Below, one piece after another: positions 10,299 to 20,010 of a DNA stretch of 64,000 nucleotides (the first letter of the stretch is position 1; every line of letters starts with the position of its first letter). The notes beneath the pieces are model-generated. The model was not told the DNA's origin. It ran no database searches and saw only the letters and a program-made list of their open reading frames with translations. Location: the NCBI GenBank assembly GCA_963727175.1, contig CAVSFD010000002.1, positions 4,701,381 to 4,765,380 on the forward strand, written 5' to 3'. The DNA is from an uncultured Spirochaetota bacterium. Its GTDB lineage: Bacteria; Spirochaetota; UBA4802; UBA5550. Made by a program: the position numbers and the translations under genes.

Positions 10299-11867
10299 TT
10301 AGCGAATATCAAGTTTTAATTCAGCCCGGTACTCGGTAGGTGTTTTGCCGGTGCAGTTTTTAAAGGCCCTGTTGAATGTTGACAGGCTGTCAAAACCCGT
10401 GGCCAGGGCGGCATCAATGATCTTAACCTGCTTGTCCTTAAGGCGTTCCATCGCCTCATGTATCCTGAGCTCATTTATGTAATCATTGATTTTTTTTCCG
10501 GTGAATTCCTTGAACTGGCCGCTGAAATAGTTGGGGTTCATCCCTACCGCAGCGGCAAGGCCCTCGCGGGAAATATCAGACCGGTAATTCTCATTGATGA
10601 AGGCTATGATACTCTTCAATTTTTCCCCGGTTGAATCGGTTACGACCTTTCGCCTGGCATGGTCCGATTTCTGGCCGGGCACATGGAGCTGTTCATAGAG
10701 GACCTTCAGGCTGATCATCCTGCGCTGGTATTCACGCGATCCCAGCACCGCGAAGCCGAGGATAACGAAAGGCGAGAAATAGGTTACTATAAGGAAGGAG
10801 TACCTGCTCCCGGTGATATACAACAATACCTCGAGGATCCCGCCGACGGAGAGGAGCGACACCAGAACCAGGATCACCGCGCACTTGAACCTGTCGGGCC
10901 GAAGCCTGTTGATCCTCAGGGTCATGTACACGGCATAGGGGATGAAAGCGGTTATTATCACCAGGCCATAGAGAGGGTTCAGATAAAAATCGAGGACGAT
11001 GTAATTCAAAAGAAATATCACGCCGGACACAGCAAGTACCCCGCCGTTGATGATCCATGAATATTCAAACAAATCAACGCGGTACAGCGCCTGAATAATG
11101 AGAATGAACAGAATGCCGAAGAGCGGCATTGCCAGCATAAGCAGGGGCGGGATCATATCAAGGGCAACCATTTTGTAGGGGGAAAAAATGGTGATGATGT
11201 AGACCGCATTGAGGAGCTGCACCAGGATCTCGTACAGGAAGAGCCTGTCATATCCGTAAAAAATTGTCACTGCCGTCATGAGCAGGATGCTTCCCGCGAG
11301 GAGAAGGAGTATGCCGATGGGAAGCTGGTTGTAGATCAGGTCATAGAAGTTCTTCAGGCGGCGGTATTCCATCTTCGGCTGGATATAGACCCCGTCAGGG
11401 AGGCCGCCGTACTCATAGCTGTAAATGCCCAGGTACAGGTAAATTTCATTTTTTCCTTTTTTGAGGAGGCCCCGGGGCATCATAAAACTTTCCGGGTAAT
11501 GAAGATTGGATATCTCGGGCGGCGTTTTAACGTCGATCAGGTAATCATTGATGAATATTTCATACGTGTAATTGATTCTTCCCAGCGTAATGCCGTAATA
11601 CTTCTCCGGATTGTCTTTTATATCAAATTCACCCCTGAGCCAGCAATACCGGAAGGCCCGCTCCGCCTTATAGGGCAGCCGAAACTTCGATGGTATTTGT
11701 ATGGGGACCCATCCGGTCATTCCCCGAACAGCGTCGATTGACGGCTCCTGGCTGTACAGCACCATCCATTCCCGTACCTGGATGGATTCCGGAATAGCAG
11801 GAAAGCAAAATGATCGGGCCGGCAGTAAGATAAAAAAACACGCGGCGATGAGCAATGGCAACTTCAT
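10299..11867 (-). CDS. Membrane-bound AraC-family transcriptional regulator with 7TMR-DISM sensor (periplasmic domain + 7TM) N-terminal to the HTH
   Basis: 522 aa with a signal peptide, a periplasmic domain, about 7 TM helices and a C-terminal AraC HTH (DSLSTFNRAFKNCTGKTPTEYR). Confidence 0.75.
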   Translation of the reverse strand: MKLPLLIAACFFILLPARSFCFPAIPESIQVREWMVLYSQEPSIDAVRGMTGWVPIQIPSKFRLPYKAERAFRYCWLRGEFDIKDNPEKYYGITLGRINYTYEIFINDYLIDVKTPPEISNLHYPESFMMPRGLLKKGKNEIYLYLGIYSYEYGGLPDGVYIQPKMEYRRLKNFYDLIYNQLPIGILLLLAGSILLMTAVTIFYGYDRLFLYEILVQLLNAVYIITIFSPYKMVALDMIPPLLMLAMPLFGILFILIIQALYRVDLFEYSWIINGGVLAVSGVIFLLNYIVLDFYLNPLYGLVIITAFIPYAVYMTLRINRLRPDRFKCAVILVLVSLLSVGGILEVLLYITGSRYSFLIVTYFSPFVILGFAVLGSREYQRRMISLKVLYEQLHVPGQKSDHARRKVVTDSTGEKLKSIIAFINENYRSDISREGLAAAVGMNPNYFSGQFKEFTGKKINDYINELRIHEAMERLKDKQVKIIDAALATGFDSLSTFNRAFKNCTGKTPTEYRAELKLDIR

Positions 11868-12020
11868 AACTTTATAAATTTCACTTCAAGGTAATTTTAA
11901 CAAGTAAAAAATATCCTGTGAGCGGATAATTTAGAGGTCAGATTATCACTGTCAACCTATGATTATCTGCATGAGATGTAAAGCATCAGAAATACAAGCC
12001 GTGAGACCGGGTCAGATTAA

Positions 12021-13988
12021 TTATTTTCCTGCGCTGTACCGTCCATCAAGGTCAATGATCATGCTGTCGACGCGGCTCTCGAAGAGCTCCAAAGCCTCGT
12101 CAAAATATGCGCGGAAGTCCCTGTTGACGGAGCGGTATTTTTTACGCGCCCTCGCTTTCAGAGCGCGGCAGTATTTCTGAAGATCAGGGAGTGAATCACC
12201 GCCCGGGGCCATCGCCTCGATCTTCTTTTTCATAGATAGAGTCATGGCGTCAATGTATATCCGCATATCTTCGGCAAGCTTCTTCATCGGCTCCTCGATG
12301 GTGCTGTGGAAATCGTCATGGAGCATGCGGTATTTCATTCTGACTGCCGCGGCAAAGGTCTTTCCGAACACCTCGCGGTCGAGGGCAAGAAGCTCCCGAA
12401 CGATATCCTCCATGCGGCCGAAGCGGGCCCGTTCGATCCTGTTTCTCAGGCTCATCCGCATCGTTTCGATCGATGCAGACAGGTCATCCGCCGCGAGGAT
12501 TTCTTTTGTTATCCTGAAAAAGTGGTACCCGAAAAGGGCCATCTTGACCGCCTTGGGAAAGAGCCCCGGCCGAATCCGCACGGCCGCGGCAAGGTAGTTC
12601 AGGTATTCCCTTCCATATGAAGAGAATATCTGACGGAACACCGAGGAGAGAAAAATCCTGACAACGAGGAGGATCGTCCAGAAGGATAATGCCCCGCGGC
12701 CAACCTTCCCCCGGGGCATTCTCTGCATCATGGTAAGGCACCGGTTGAAGTACTCCCGGGGCGTGTAGATCTGCGATATCAGCTCCCTGTACCCCTTCGC
12801 CAGCGTTTCTCCGTCCATGACAGGGATAAAGTTGGTGGTGAAGCTGTGGGTGTTGTTCCCCGACGTCTCCGACAGTATCCGTCCCTCCGAATTGAGACGG
12901 CGATAAAGCCGGGTATTGGGAAGGGCGATGAGTAGTCCCGCCATGGCCATGGGTATGCCCGATTCGCGGATGAAATCGATCTGCAGGTCAAAGACATTCT
13001 CAGGGTCGCTGTCAAAGCCGATGATGAACCCTGCCGTCACTTCCATTCCCTTGCGCTGGATGCGCTCCACTCCCCGGAGAAGGGAACCCTTGAGGTTCTG
13101 CTTCTTCCCGGCCTGTTCGAGGCATTCCGCGACCGGGGTTTCGATGCCCAGGAAGACCTTGTTGAACCCGGCGTCGATCATCAGGTCCATCAGTTCCTCG
13201 TCGTCGGCGAGATTGACGCTGGCCTCGGTGGTTATCATGTAGGGATAGTGCCGTTCCTCCTGCCACCGTGCGACCGCGGTGAGAAGCTCTTTCACATTCT
13301 TTTTGTTGCCGATAAAGTTGTCGTCCACTATGAAGAGCGGCCCCCGGTAACCGGTGCGGTACAGCGCTTCCATTTCGGCGATAAACTGCTCCGGCGTCTT
13401 GGCACGGGGCACCCGGCCGAAAAACTCAATGATGTCACAGAACTCGCAGTTGAAGGGACATCCCCGGGAATACTGCAGTGACATGGTGGTATAGCGGCGG
13501 TGCTTCACCAGGCTGAAGCGGGGGACCGGTGTTTTCGTGATGTCCGGTCTCGAATCGCTCCGGTACAGGGGCCGGGCCTCGCCCTTCTCCCAGTCCTGAA
13601 GGAACTGCGGCAGCGTTACCTCCGCCTCACCCAGGACAAAGTGGTCAACGCCGGTAATATGCCGGTGAGACCCCGTGGGATAAGGTCCCCCGGCCACGAC
13701 GGTTTTACCGAGTCTGTTGCACAGGGCCACGACCCGGTCAAAGGATTCCTTCTGTATGATCATGGCGGAGATGAAAACCAGATCAGCCTTCTTTACATCC
13801 CGCACCATCAGCTTCTCAGTGTTCATGTCCACCAGGGTTATATCATAGCTGTCCGGGATAAGCGATGCCACGGTCATCAGTCCCAGCGGCGGAAAGGCCG
13901 AACGCCGGCCCACCAGCTTCAGTATGTACTTAAAGCTCCAGTAGGTCACCGGGGTATCAGGATATATCATCAGTATCTTTTTTTTCAT
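12021..13988 (-). CDS. B12-binding domain radical SAM protein (class B rSAM with C-terminal DUF4070-like extension)
   Basis: 655 aa. The N-terminal Rossmann-like cobalamin-binding region is MIYPDTPVTYW...LGLMTVASL. The rSAM Cys motif is CPFNCEFC (CxxxCxxC). Confidence 0.8.
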   Translation of the reverse strand: MKKKILMIYPDTPVTYWSFKYILKLVGRRSAFPPLGLMTVASLIPDSYDITLVDMNTEKLMVRDVKKADLVFISAMIIQKESFDRVVALCNRLGKTVVAGGPYPTGSHRHITGVDHFVLGEAEVTLPQFLQDWEKGEARPLYRSDSRPDITKTPVPRFSLVKHRRYTTMSLQYSRGCPFNCEFCDIIEFFGRVPRAKTPEQFIAEMEALYRTGYRGPLFIVDDNFIGNKKNVKELLTAVARWQEERHYPYMITTEASVNLADDEELMDLMIDAGFNKVFLGIETPVAECLEQAGKKQNLKGSLLRGVERIQRKGMEVTAGFIIGFDSDPENVFDLQIDFIRESGIPMAMAGLLIALPNTRLYRRLNSEGRILSETSGNNTHSFTTNFIPVMDGETLAKGYRELISQIYTPREYFNRCLTMMQRMPRGKVGRGALSFWTILLVVRIFLSSVFRQIFSSYGREYLNYLAAAVRIRPGLFPKAVKMALFGYHFFRITKEILAADDLSASIETMRMSLRNRIERARFGRMEDIVRELLALDREVFGKTFAAAVRMKYRMLHDDFHSTIEEPMKKLAEDMRIYIDAMTLSMKKKIEAMAPGGDSLPDLQKYCRALKARARKKYRSVNRDFRAYFDEALELFESRVDSMIIDLDGRYSAGK

Positions 13989-14399
13989 TATTGCAGCTCC
14001 TGAAAATTACGCGTTGCGGAAGCGATGCCTATAATACAACAATATCGGCCCGTATCAATCAATACAGCACTTAAAGAACGCGCTAAACAGGGATCATGTG
14101 ATTGTTTGAATTAATATACGGCGAGGGCAGAATCATGTCAAGAAAATAGTTGGACAGTAACCAGTTATCTGGCTTTATCAGAATCATGGCGATTATTGCT
14201 TGCAGCGATAGTAGCAGGTGCCTGAGCCGTCCCAGCGAGCAGGCGACAGGGATGTCGCCGATTCCGCCAAGTCAATATGGTGCGCTGGTCAGGATGGCCG
14301 AGTGCAGAGCCGCGACAGGATGTCGCATTTGGCTCTGCTTATACGAGGCGGACAGGCTGTATAGCTCCGCGCCCTTTATGATTTTTTTTGTGGTGGCGA

Positions 14400-16298
14400 C
14401 TACGCCGAGTCACTGAAGCGCAGCACCAGCTCGAAGACCCCGTCATCCATTTTCTTCTCGATGTCGGGAAACATTTTTTCGAACACGTGAAGCATGGGAC
14501 GGTTCTCCACCAGGACCTCGGCGGTGAAGCCGAGGAGCCCCTCGCGCTTGGCAAGGAGAATGAGATATGCCAGGAGTTCGGTTCCGATCCCGCGGTTGTG
14601 CATATCGTCCCGGACCGCAAAGGCCACCTCTGCCGTGTGGCTTTTTTCATCCTTGATCATCTGACCCATGCCGGCGGCGACATCCTTGCTGCCTTCCTCG
14701 ACAAAGGCCAGGATAACCAGCTCCTTCGTGTAATCAATCACCACGAAATCCTGCCGCCGTTCGTGGGGCATGTCAAGGCGCGACGACATGAAGCGGCGCT
14801 GGAAGCTCTGGTCCGAAAGGGAGTAGAACAGGTCCTTGATGATGGACTCGTCGTTTATATTCACCGGACGCATCATCAGCGCAGCACCCTGCCTGGTCGT
14901 CCGGTAGGTTATCAGGTATGACGGGTATTCTCCGCGCTTGCCGGGGATGAAGGCCTGGTCCTTGTAAATCAGATTGAGTCTCTTCGCCTCTTCGATCAGC
15001 CATGGCCTGAACTTCGGGTGGGCGATGGCAATGAGGTCCATGGCCCGCTCGCGGATGTTCTTACCGTGGATGTATGCGATGCCGTATTCGGTCACCACGT
15101 AATTGACGTCGCCGCGGTTCAGGGTCACACCGGTGCCGGGGTCAAGGAACGGGACAATGCGCGACACCTCGCCTCCCCGGGCAGTGGACTGCAGCACGAG
15201 GATCGTCTTACCTCCCGGGGAAAGGATTGCGCCGCGCATGAAATCGGCACTCCCGCCGATGCCGCTGAAGAACTGGTTGCCGATCGACTCCGCCGTGGCC
15301 TGGCCCGTGAGGTCTATCTGGAGGGCGGCATTGATGGCCGCCATGTTACTGTTCTGCGCTATCACAAGGGGATTATTGGTATAGCTGATCCGCTTGAATT
15401 CGACAAAAGGGTTGTCGTCGATGTACTCGTATGTTTCTTTCACACCCATGCAGAAGGCGGCCATGGTCTTGCCGCGGTCGGCCGTCTTTCTCGAATTGTC
15501 CACCACTCCCTTCTTGAGGAGGTCCATCATGGAGTGGGTGAAGAGCTCACTGTGCACGCCAAGATTATTCTTTTCGCCCAGGCTGGACATGATGGCGTTG
15601 GGCATGCTGCCGTATCCCACCTGTATCGTATCACCGTCATTCACGATGCTTGCCACATATCGGCCTATCTGGTGGGCTATTTCGTCCGGGACAGCCGGGT
15701 TATATTCCAGAAGATCCTCTTCGTGCTCGACAACAAAGCCGATGTCCTTGATGCTCAGGAAGGTGTCGCCATGCACCCGTGGCATCCGGGGATTCATCTG
15801 GGCAATTACCAGGGAGGCATTCTCAATGGCGTCCATGCAAATATCCACGCTGACCCCCAGGCTCACATAACCGTTCTGGTCGGGGAGCGAGGTCTGGATG
15901 AGGGCCACGTCGATAGGGATCATCTTGTTACGGAAAAGCTGCGGTATCCGCGACAGGAAAATGGGCGTGTAATCCGCCATGCCGGTATTGACGGAGTCAC
16001 GGGTATTGTCTCCAACGAAAAAGGAATTGGACCTGAAATTTGATCCGAACTTCTGGTCCGAGTACGGCGCAACGCCGAGGGTCCATACCTGCATCAGTTC
16101 CGCATCGACAATTGCCTTGGGGTGCGACTCGGCATATTGCACCAGGGCCTTGACCAGGTACTGCGGTTCGCCGCATGCGGTGCTGATGAATAACCGGTCC
16201 CCGCGGTGGATATGGGAAAAAATTTTGTCCTCGGATTCAAATTTCTCCGGGTACCCGTCCTTCCACATTTTGAAGTAATCGCCGCGTCGTCTGTCCAT
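14400..16298 (-). CDS. Acetyl-CoA hydrolase/transferase family domain fused to a C-terminal GNAT N-acetyltransferase domain
   Basis: 632 aa. Residues ~1-440 resemble 4-hydroxybutyrate/acetate CoA-transferases (GIGGSADFMRGA motif). Residues ~470-632 carry GNAT motifs (AFAVRDDMHNRGIGTELL). Confidence 0.75.
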   Translation of the reverse strand: MDRRRGDYFKMWKDGYPEKFESEDKIFSHIHRGDRLFISTACGEPQYLVKALVQYAESHPKAIVDAELMQVWTLGVAPYSDQKFGSNFRSNSFFVGDNTRDSVNTGMADYTPIFLSRIPQLFRNKMIPIDVALIQTSLPDQNGYVSLGVSVDICMDAIENASLVIAQMNPRMPRVHGDTFLSIKDIGFVVEHEEDLLEYNPAVPDEIAHQIGRYVASIVNDGDTIQVGYGSMPNAIMSSLGEKNNLGVHSELFTHSMMDLLKKGVVDNSRKTADRGKTMAAFCMGVKETYEYIDDNPFVEFKRISYTNNPLVIAQNSNMAAINAALQIDLTGQATAESIGNQFFSGIGGSADFMRGAILSPGGKTILVLQSTARGGEVSRIVPFLDPGTGVTLNRGDVNYVVTEYGIAYIHGKNIRERAMDLIAIAHPKFRPWLIEEAKRLNLIYKDQAFIPGKRGEYPSYLITYRTTRQGAALMMRPVNINDESIIKDLFYSLSDQSFQRRFMSSRLDMPHERRQDFVVIDYTKELVILAFVEEGSKDVAAGMGQMIKDEKSHTAEVAFAVRDDMHNRGIGTELLAYLILLAKREGLLGFTAEVLVENRPMLHVFEKMFPDIEKKMDDGVFELVLRFSDSA

Positions 16299-16480
16299 AG
16301 CGCCATCCTTAAAGACCGCATAGTGCGGATCATTATTTCAATTATATAACCAATTATGCATATTTCAAGGATTATTTGGTGATAGTGGCACATTCGACAG
16401 TAAAAAACTTTGCCGTCATAATGGGATGATTTTTTGAAAAACAGATAGAAACGGTGCTATGTTTGACGGTATGTCAGATC

Positions 16481-17473
16481 TTAAACCTTCACGGCAGCTC
16501 TTCTTTTAACCGACCGCATCTTCCCATCATTACGAAGCGCAACTTTTTTCTTCATGGCGGGCTTCTTTCCCTTCATGAAAAACGCGTGGGCGTCACGGGC
16601 AGTCACGGCCGGCATCTCCTCCATCGGCATATGGCCGCAGTCATCATAGAGCACCAGCTCCGCGTGGGGAAGGTCCCGCTTCCAGTGATCAATCGTCTCC
16701 TTCCATCGCGACCAGATATCCTTCTTTCCCCATGCCATCATCACCGGCATCTGTAGCTTTTTGACATCGAGATAGATCGTGTCAGACCTGCTCATGTCGG
16801 CAATCACCTTGAAGATTTTCGACAGGGTGCGCCGGTTCCCCTCGCGCATGATGAGGTCCCAGTACATGTCATACACTGCCGGCGTAATTCTTTCCTTCCT
16901 GCCGTACAGGCGTTCGATGCTGGTCTTGATCAGCAGCCGCGGCAGCATCACGTTATTGATTACGGATTTTACTCCCGGTATCTGCGCCAGCTTGAATTCA
17001 TACGGAAGGGACTGGTTATAGGCTATCGGATCCAGCAGCAGAAGTTTTTCTATCATGTCCGGACGGTGTACGGCGTATTTCCATGCGTAGAAACCGCCCA
17101 GAGAATTCCCCGCGATAAAGCAGCGCTTGATCTTCAGCGCATCGAGGAAAGAATCGAGAAAGGCGTTCATGGCTTCGTCCATGTATTCCTCTTCCCTTGA
17201 AGGACCGGTGATGCCCCACCCGGGCAGGTCCAGACGGATGATGCGGTAGTGGTCTTTCAGCTCATTGTACCAGCCGTCCCAGGTATGCAGAAAGGCGACA
17301 ACGCCATGGAGCAGCACCAGCACGGGGCCCGTGCCCTGGTCCTTGTAATGCACATCCATGCCGTTTATCGTTATGAATTTTGAATCCTCATCGCAATACT
17401 TGCATTTCATCTTTTCTAACGGGTTTGAGCGAATGCCGGGATTAAAATTCTGGAGAAACATTTCTACTGACAT
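16481..17473 (-). CDS. Alpha/beta-fold hydrolase (GNSLGG) with a Lys-rich C-terminal tail
   Basis: 330 aa with an HG oxyanion-hole motif (VLLHGVVAFLHTW), nucleophile GNSLGG and the catalytic His region (DDCGHMP). Confidence 0.75.
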   Translation of the reverse strand: MSVEMFLQNFNPGIRSNPLEKMKCKYCDEDSKFITINGMDVHYKDQGTGPVLVLLHGVVAFLHTWDGWYNELKDHYRIIRLDLPGWGITGPSREEEYMDEAMNAFLDSFLDALKIKRCFIAGNSLGGFYAWKYAVHRPDMIEKLLLLDPIAYNQSLPYEFKLAQIPGVKSVINNVMLPRLLIKTSIERLYGRKERITPAVYDMYWDLIMREGNRRTLSKIFKVIADMSRSDTIYLDVKKLQMPVMMAWGKKDIWSRWKETIDHWKRDLPHAELVLYDDCGHMPMEEMPAVTARDAHAFFMKGKKPAMKKKVALRNDGKMRSVKRRAAVKV

Positions 17474-17754
17474 GATGGACCCCTGGGAATTAATTTACAA
17501 TCTTCATTAAATTAAAACGCTAACCGCATCGGTAAGTAATAAATCCGACCGTCTGTATGGATTAAAAATATCACATTGCAAGTCCTTTGTCTGGCCACAT
17601 ATCGTTATGCCAGAATCTGTCCCTGCATCATAAATTGGATGGCGGAATTGAATCAACATGCCATTGCGCCAAATCAAGATCGTGCTTGATTTGGCCAGAT
17701 GCGGGATTATTCAGAAGATTTTTCAGTTACAGGGTCAGAGTAACACCAGTTTTG

Positions 17755-17950
17755 CACCGATAACAATCGGCCTATAAGATCAAAAAGCATGGTGCCTGAG
17801 TAAATTCCCGTCTCTGTACCGATAACTATCGGTCACAAAATATAATAATTGGGCTGTCAAAGCAAACTCCTGCCTCTGTACCGATAACTATCAGCCTCAA
17901 AACCAAAAATCCGGGTGCCAGAGTAACACACCAAACAGATGGATAACTGA
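17755..17950. repeat. Three to four tandem ~62-bp repeats, each carrying the inverted repeat ACCGATAAC(A/T)ATCGG, immediately upstream of gltS
   Basis: The copies sit at 17757-17770, 17819-17832 and 17881-17894 with a period of exactly 62 bp. A partial fourth GATAAC lies at 17943. The inter-copy segments are diverged but alignable. Confidence 0.6.
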
Positions 17951-17996
17951 CAATTTATTCATTGACGCCGGCATTCTTCTTTGAACAATTTCCCGC

Positions 17997-19229
17997 ATGT
18001 TTACATTAGACATGATACAGACCGTGGCCTTTGCCGGGCTGGTGGTCTTCACCGGCTATGGCATAAGGAAGATCGTCCCGATCCTGGCCCGCTACAATCT
18101 GCCGGCGCCGGTGCTGGGAGGACTGGTCATCGCCCTGGTCAACCTCGCGGCCCGGGGCTTTGGAGGAAGCCCCTTTACCTTCGACACGTCCCTGCAGACG
18201 CCACTCATGACCGCATTTTTCACCTCCATCGGCCTCGGGAGCAGCCTGAAGCTCTTACGGACCGGTGGAGTCAAAATAGTCACCTTTTTGATCATCGCCA
18301 TACTTTTCACGATACTGCAGAACGCCATAGGGATAGCCGTAGCCGTGCCCCTGGGCCAGCACCCCCTTTTCGGTGTGTTCAACTCCTCGGTGACCCTGGT
18401 GGGAGGGCCCGCCACGGGACTAGCCTTCGCGCCTCTCTTCGAGAAGGCCGGCGTCCACGGCGCGTCGTCCCTGGCTGTCGCCTCTGCCATGACCGGAATC
18501 ATCTGCGGGGGCCTCATCGGCGCCCCTATCGGAACCTGGCTCATTGAGCGTTACCGCCTGCGCCACGGCACCGGCAACCCCATCCCCGGCCGCGTGCCTG
18601 CCCCGACGGAGATCGTGGAAGAACAACTCGCTGAAGAAATTGGGGAATCCCCCTCCGGGGAAGATCCATCGGCCTATATTCTGCTGAAAAACCTGGTGGC
18701 CATCCTCGCGGCCATGTGGATCGGTTACTGGATCAGCAGGGGCTTCTCCGCACTGGGGATGACACTGCCCGCCTATATCGGTGCCATGTTCGCCGGCGCC
18801 ATCATCAGCAACCTGGCTGATCTCACCGGCGTTATCACCCTGTCACAGAAATCGATCGACGATATCGGCACCGTGGCCCTCACCCTCTTCATCGCAATGG
18901 CTATGATGACCCTGAAGCTATGGGAACTGGCGGACGTGGCCCTCCCCATGCTGGCGGTCGTGGCGGCGCAGGTAATCGTGGTGGGGGCGGCCTGCTTCTG
19001 GCCCCTCTTCCGCCTCTTCGGCAGGGACTATGACGCTGCCGTCACCTGTGCCGGCTTCTGTGGCTTCATGCTGGGCACCACTGCCAACGCCATGGCAAGC
19101 ATGGAGTCCCTTGCCGAACGGTACGGCCCGGCGAAGCGCGCTTTCCTGGTGGTGCCGATCGTGGGGGCCTTCTTCATAGACTTCGCCAACGCCATCATCA
19201 TCACGGTGTTTTTGAACCTGTTCTCATAA
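17997..19229 (+). CDS. gltS: Sodium/glutamate symporter
   Basis: 410 aa and polytopic, with conserved GltS segments (LPAPVLGGLVIAL...GGPATGLAFAPLFEKAG). Confidence 0.85.
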   Translation: MFTLDMIQTVAFAGLVVFTGYGIRKIVPILARYNLPAPVLGGLVIALVNLAARGFGGSPFTFDTSLQTPLMTAFFTSIGLGSSLKLLRTGGVKIVTFLIIAILFTILQNAIGIAVAVPLGQHPLFGVFNSSVTLVGGPATGLAFAPLFEKAGVHGASSLAVASAMTGIICGGLIGAPIGTWLIERYRLRHGTGNPIPGRVPAPTEIVEEQLAEEIGESPSGEDPSAYILLKNLVAILAAMWIGYWISRGFSALGMTLPAYIGAMFAGAIISNLADLTGVITLSQKSIDDIGTVALTLFIAMAMMTLKLWELADVALPMLAVVAAQVIVVGAACFWPLFRLFGRDYDAAVTCAGFCGFMLGTTANAMASMESLAERYGPAKRAFLVVPIVGAFFIDFANAIIITVFLNLFS

Positions 19230-19450
19230 CATCGGCGGATGGCATAAAACACGGGCCTTGCACCATTATTGCGCCGGATGATGCGGCTACGGTCTGTTAT
19301 ATGATTCTGTATGGCCGCGATGGGCTTCTCTGAAATTTTCGGAGAACAAGGCGGCAGGTAATTTCCTTGACATCCAGCAGTGAATAAAATATTTTTTTGC
19401 AATTACATTGCAACAGACTGCATATTCAACGGCATGCGGGGTGAGATAAT

Positions 19451-20002
19451 TTGAAGAAATATATTATTTTCTCTCTTATAACTGTTATATTCTTATCCGG
19501 CTGTACTTATTTTAGAATAAAAAACAAAAAAAATCCGGCCGTTGATTTAAACAGGTATAACAAAATATACCTCGGGTGGATGGATCTTGGTGAAGAAAAA
19601 TGGGCAGCATATCATTATTCAAATGAAAAAGAATGGCTTGACCTGATCAACCGCGCAAATCGATCGGCAATGCCTTCATATTTCAAAGAAGTTTTTGAGG
19701 ACAAATTTATTATTGCAGCAAAAAAACCGGGTGAACCCCTTCCCAAGGACGGCTTAATCATAAAATTTCAAAACGCGAATTACATATATGCGGATGATGA
19801 ATTGTACGTGGTGATAAATCTGACAGATGGCGCAACCTCTCAAAACCTGGCAATGACATCGGTGTATATAAAAGCCTGGCGGGGAGGCGGATGGAGCGTA
19901 TGGACTTTTGAAGACCGGGTAATGAATTCCATCCGAAATCTTGCTTATTTCGTAAAAGAAATAATCTTCAGGATCAACAGCATTAATAACAGACCCTGGT
20001 GA
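19451..20002 (+). CDS. Lipoprotein of unknown function, encoded in a local AT-rich patch (~34% GC)
   Basis: 183 aa with signal peptide and lipobox (IFLSGC). No catalytic motifs. Base composition differs strongly from the flanking genes. Confidence 0.5.
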   Translation: MKKYIIFSLITVIFLSGCTYFRIKNKKNPAVDLNRYNKIYLGWMDLGEEKWAAYHYSNEKEWLDLINRANRSAMPSYFKEVFEDKFIIAAKKPGEPLPKDGLIIKFQNANYIYADDELYVVINLTDGATSQNLAMTSVYIKAWRGGGWSVWTFEDRVMNSIRNLAYFVKEIIFRINSINNRPW

Positions 20003-20010
20003 AAAACCGT

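Noticed and set aside
14150-14416. 88-aa ORF and tRNA-like ATGGCCGAGTG segment
   Set aside because: No cloverleaf can be drawn because the acceptor-stem pairing is absent. The ORF has no RBS or homology, so the region is treated as intergenic.
15018-16043. 341-aa plus-strand ORF
   Set aside because: It is antisense to the CoA-transferase/GNAT gene and has no recognisable motifs.
17755-17950. Possible CRISPR array
   Set aside because: The conserved cores are only about 16 bp and only 3-4 copies are present. No cas genes are nearby and the intervening segments are partly homologous, so I interpret it as a tandem operator array.
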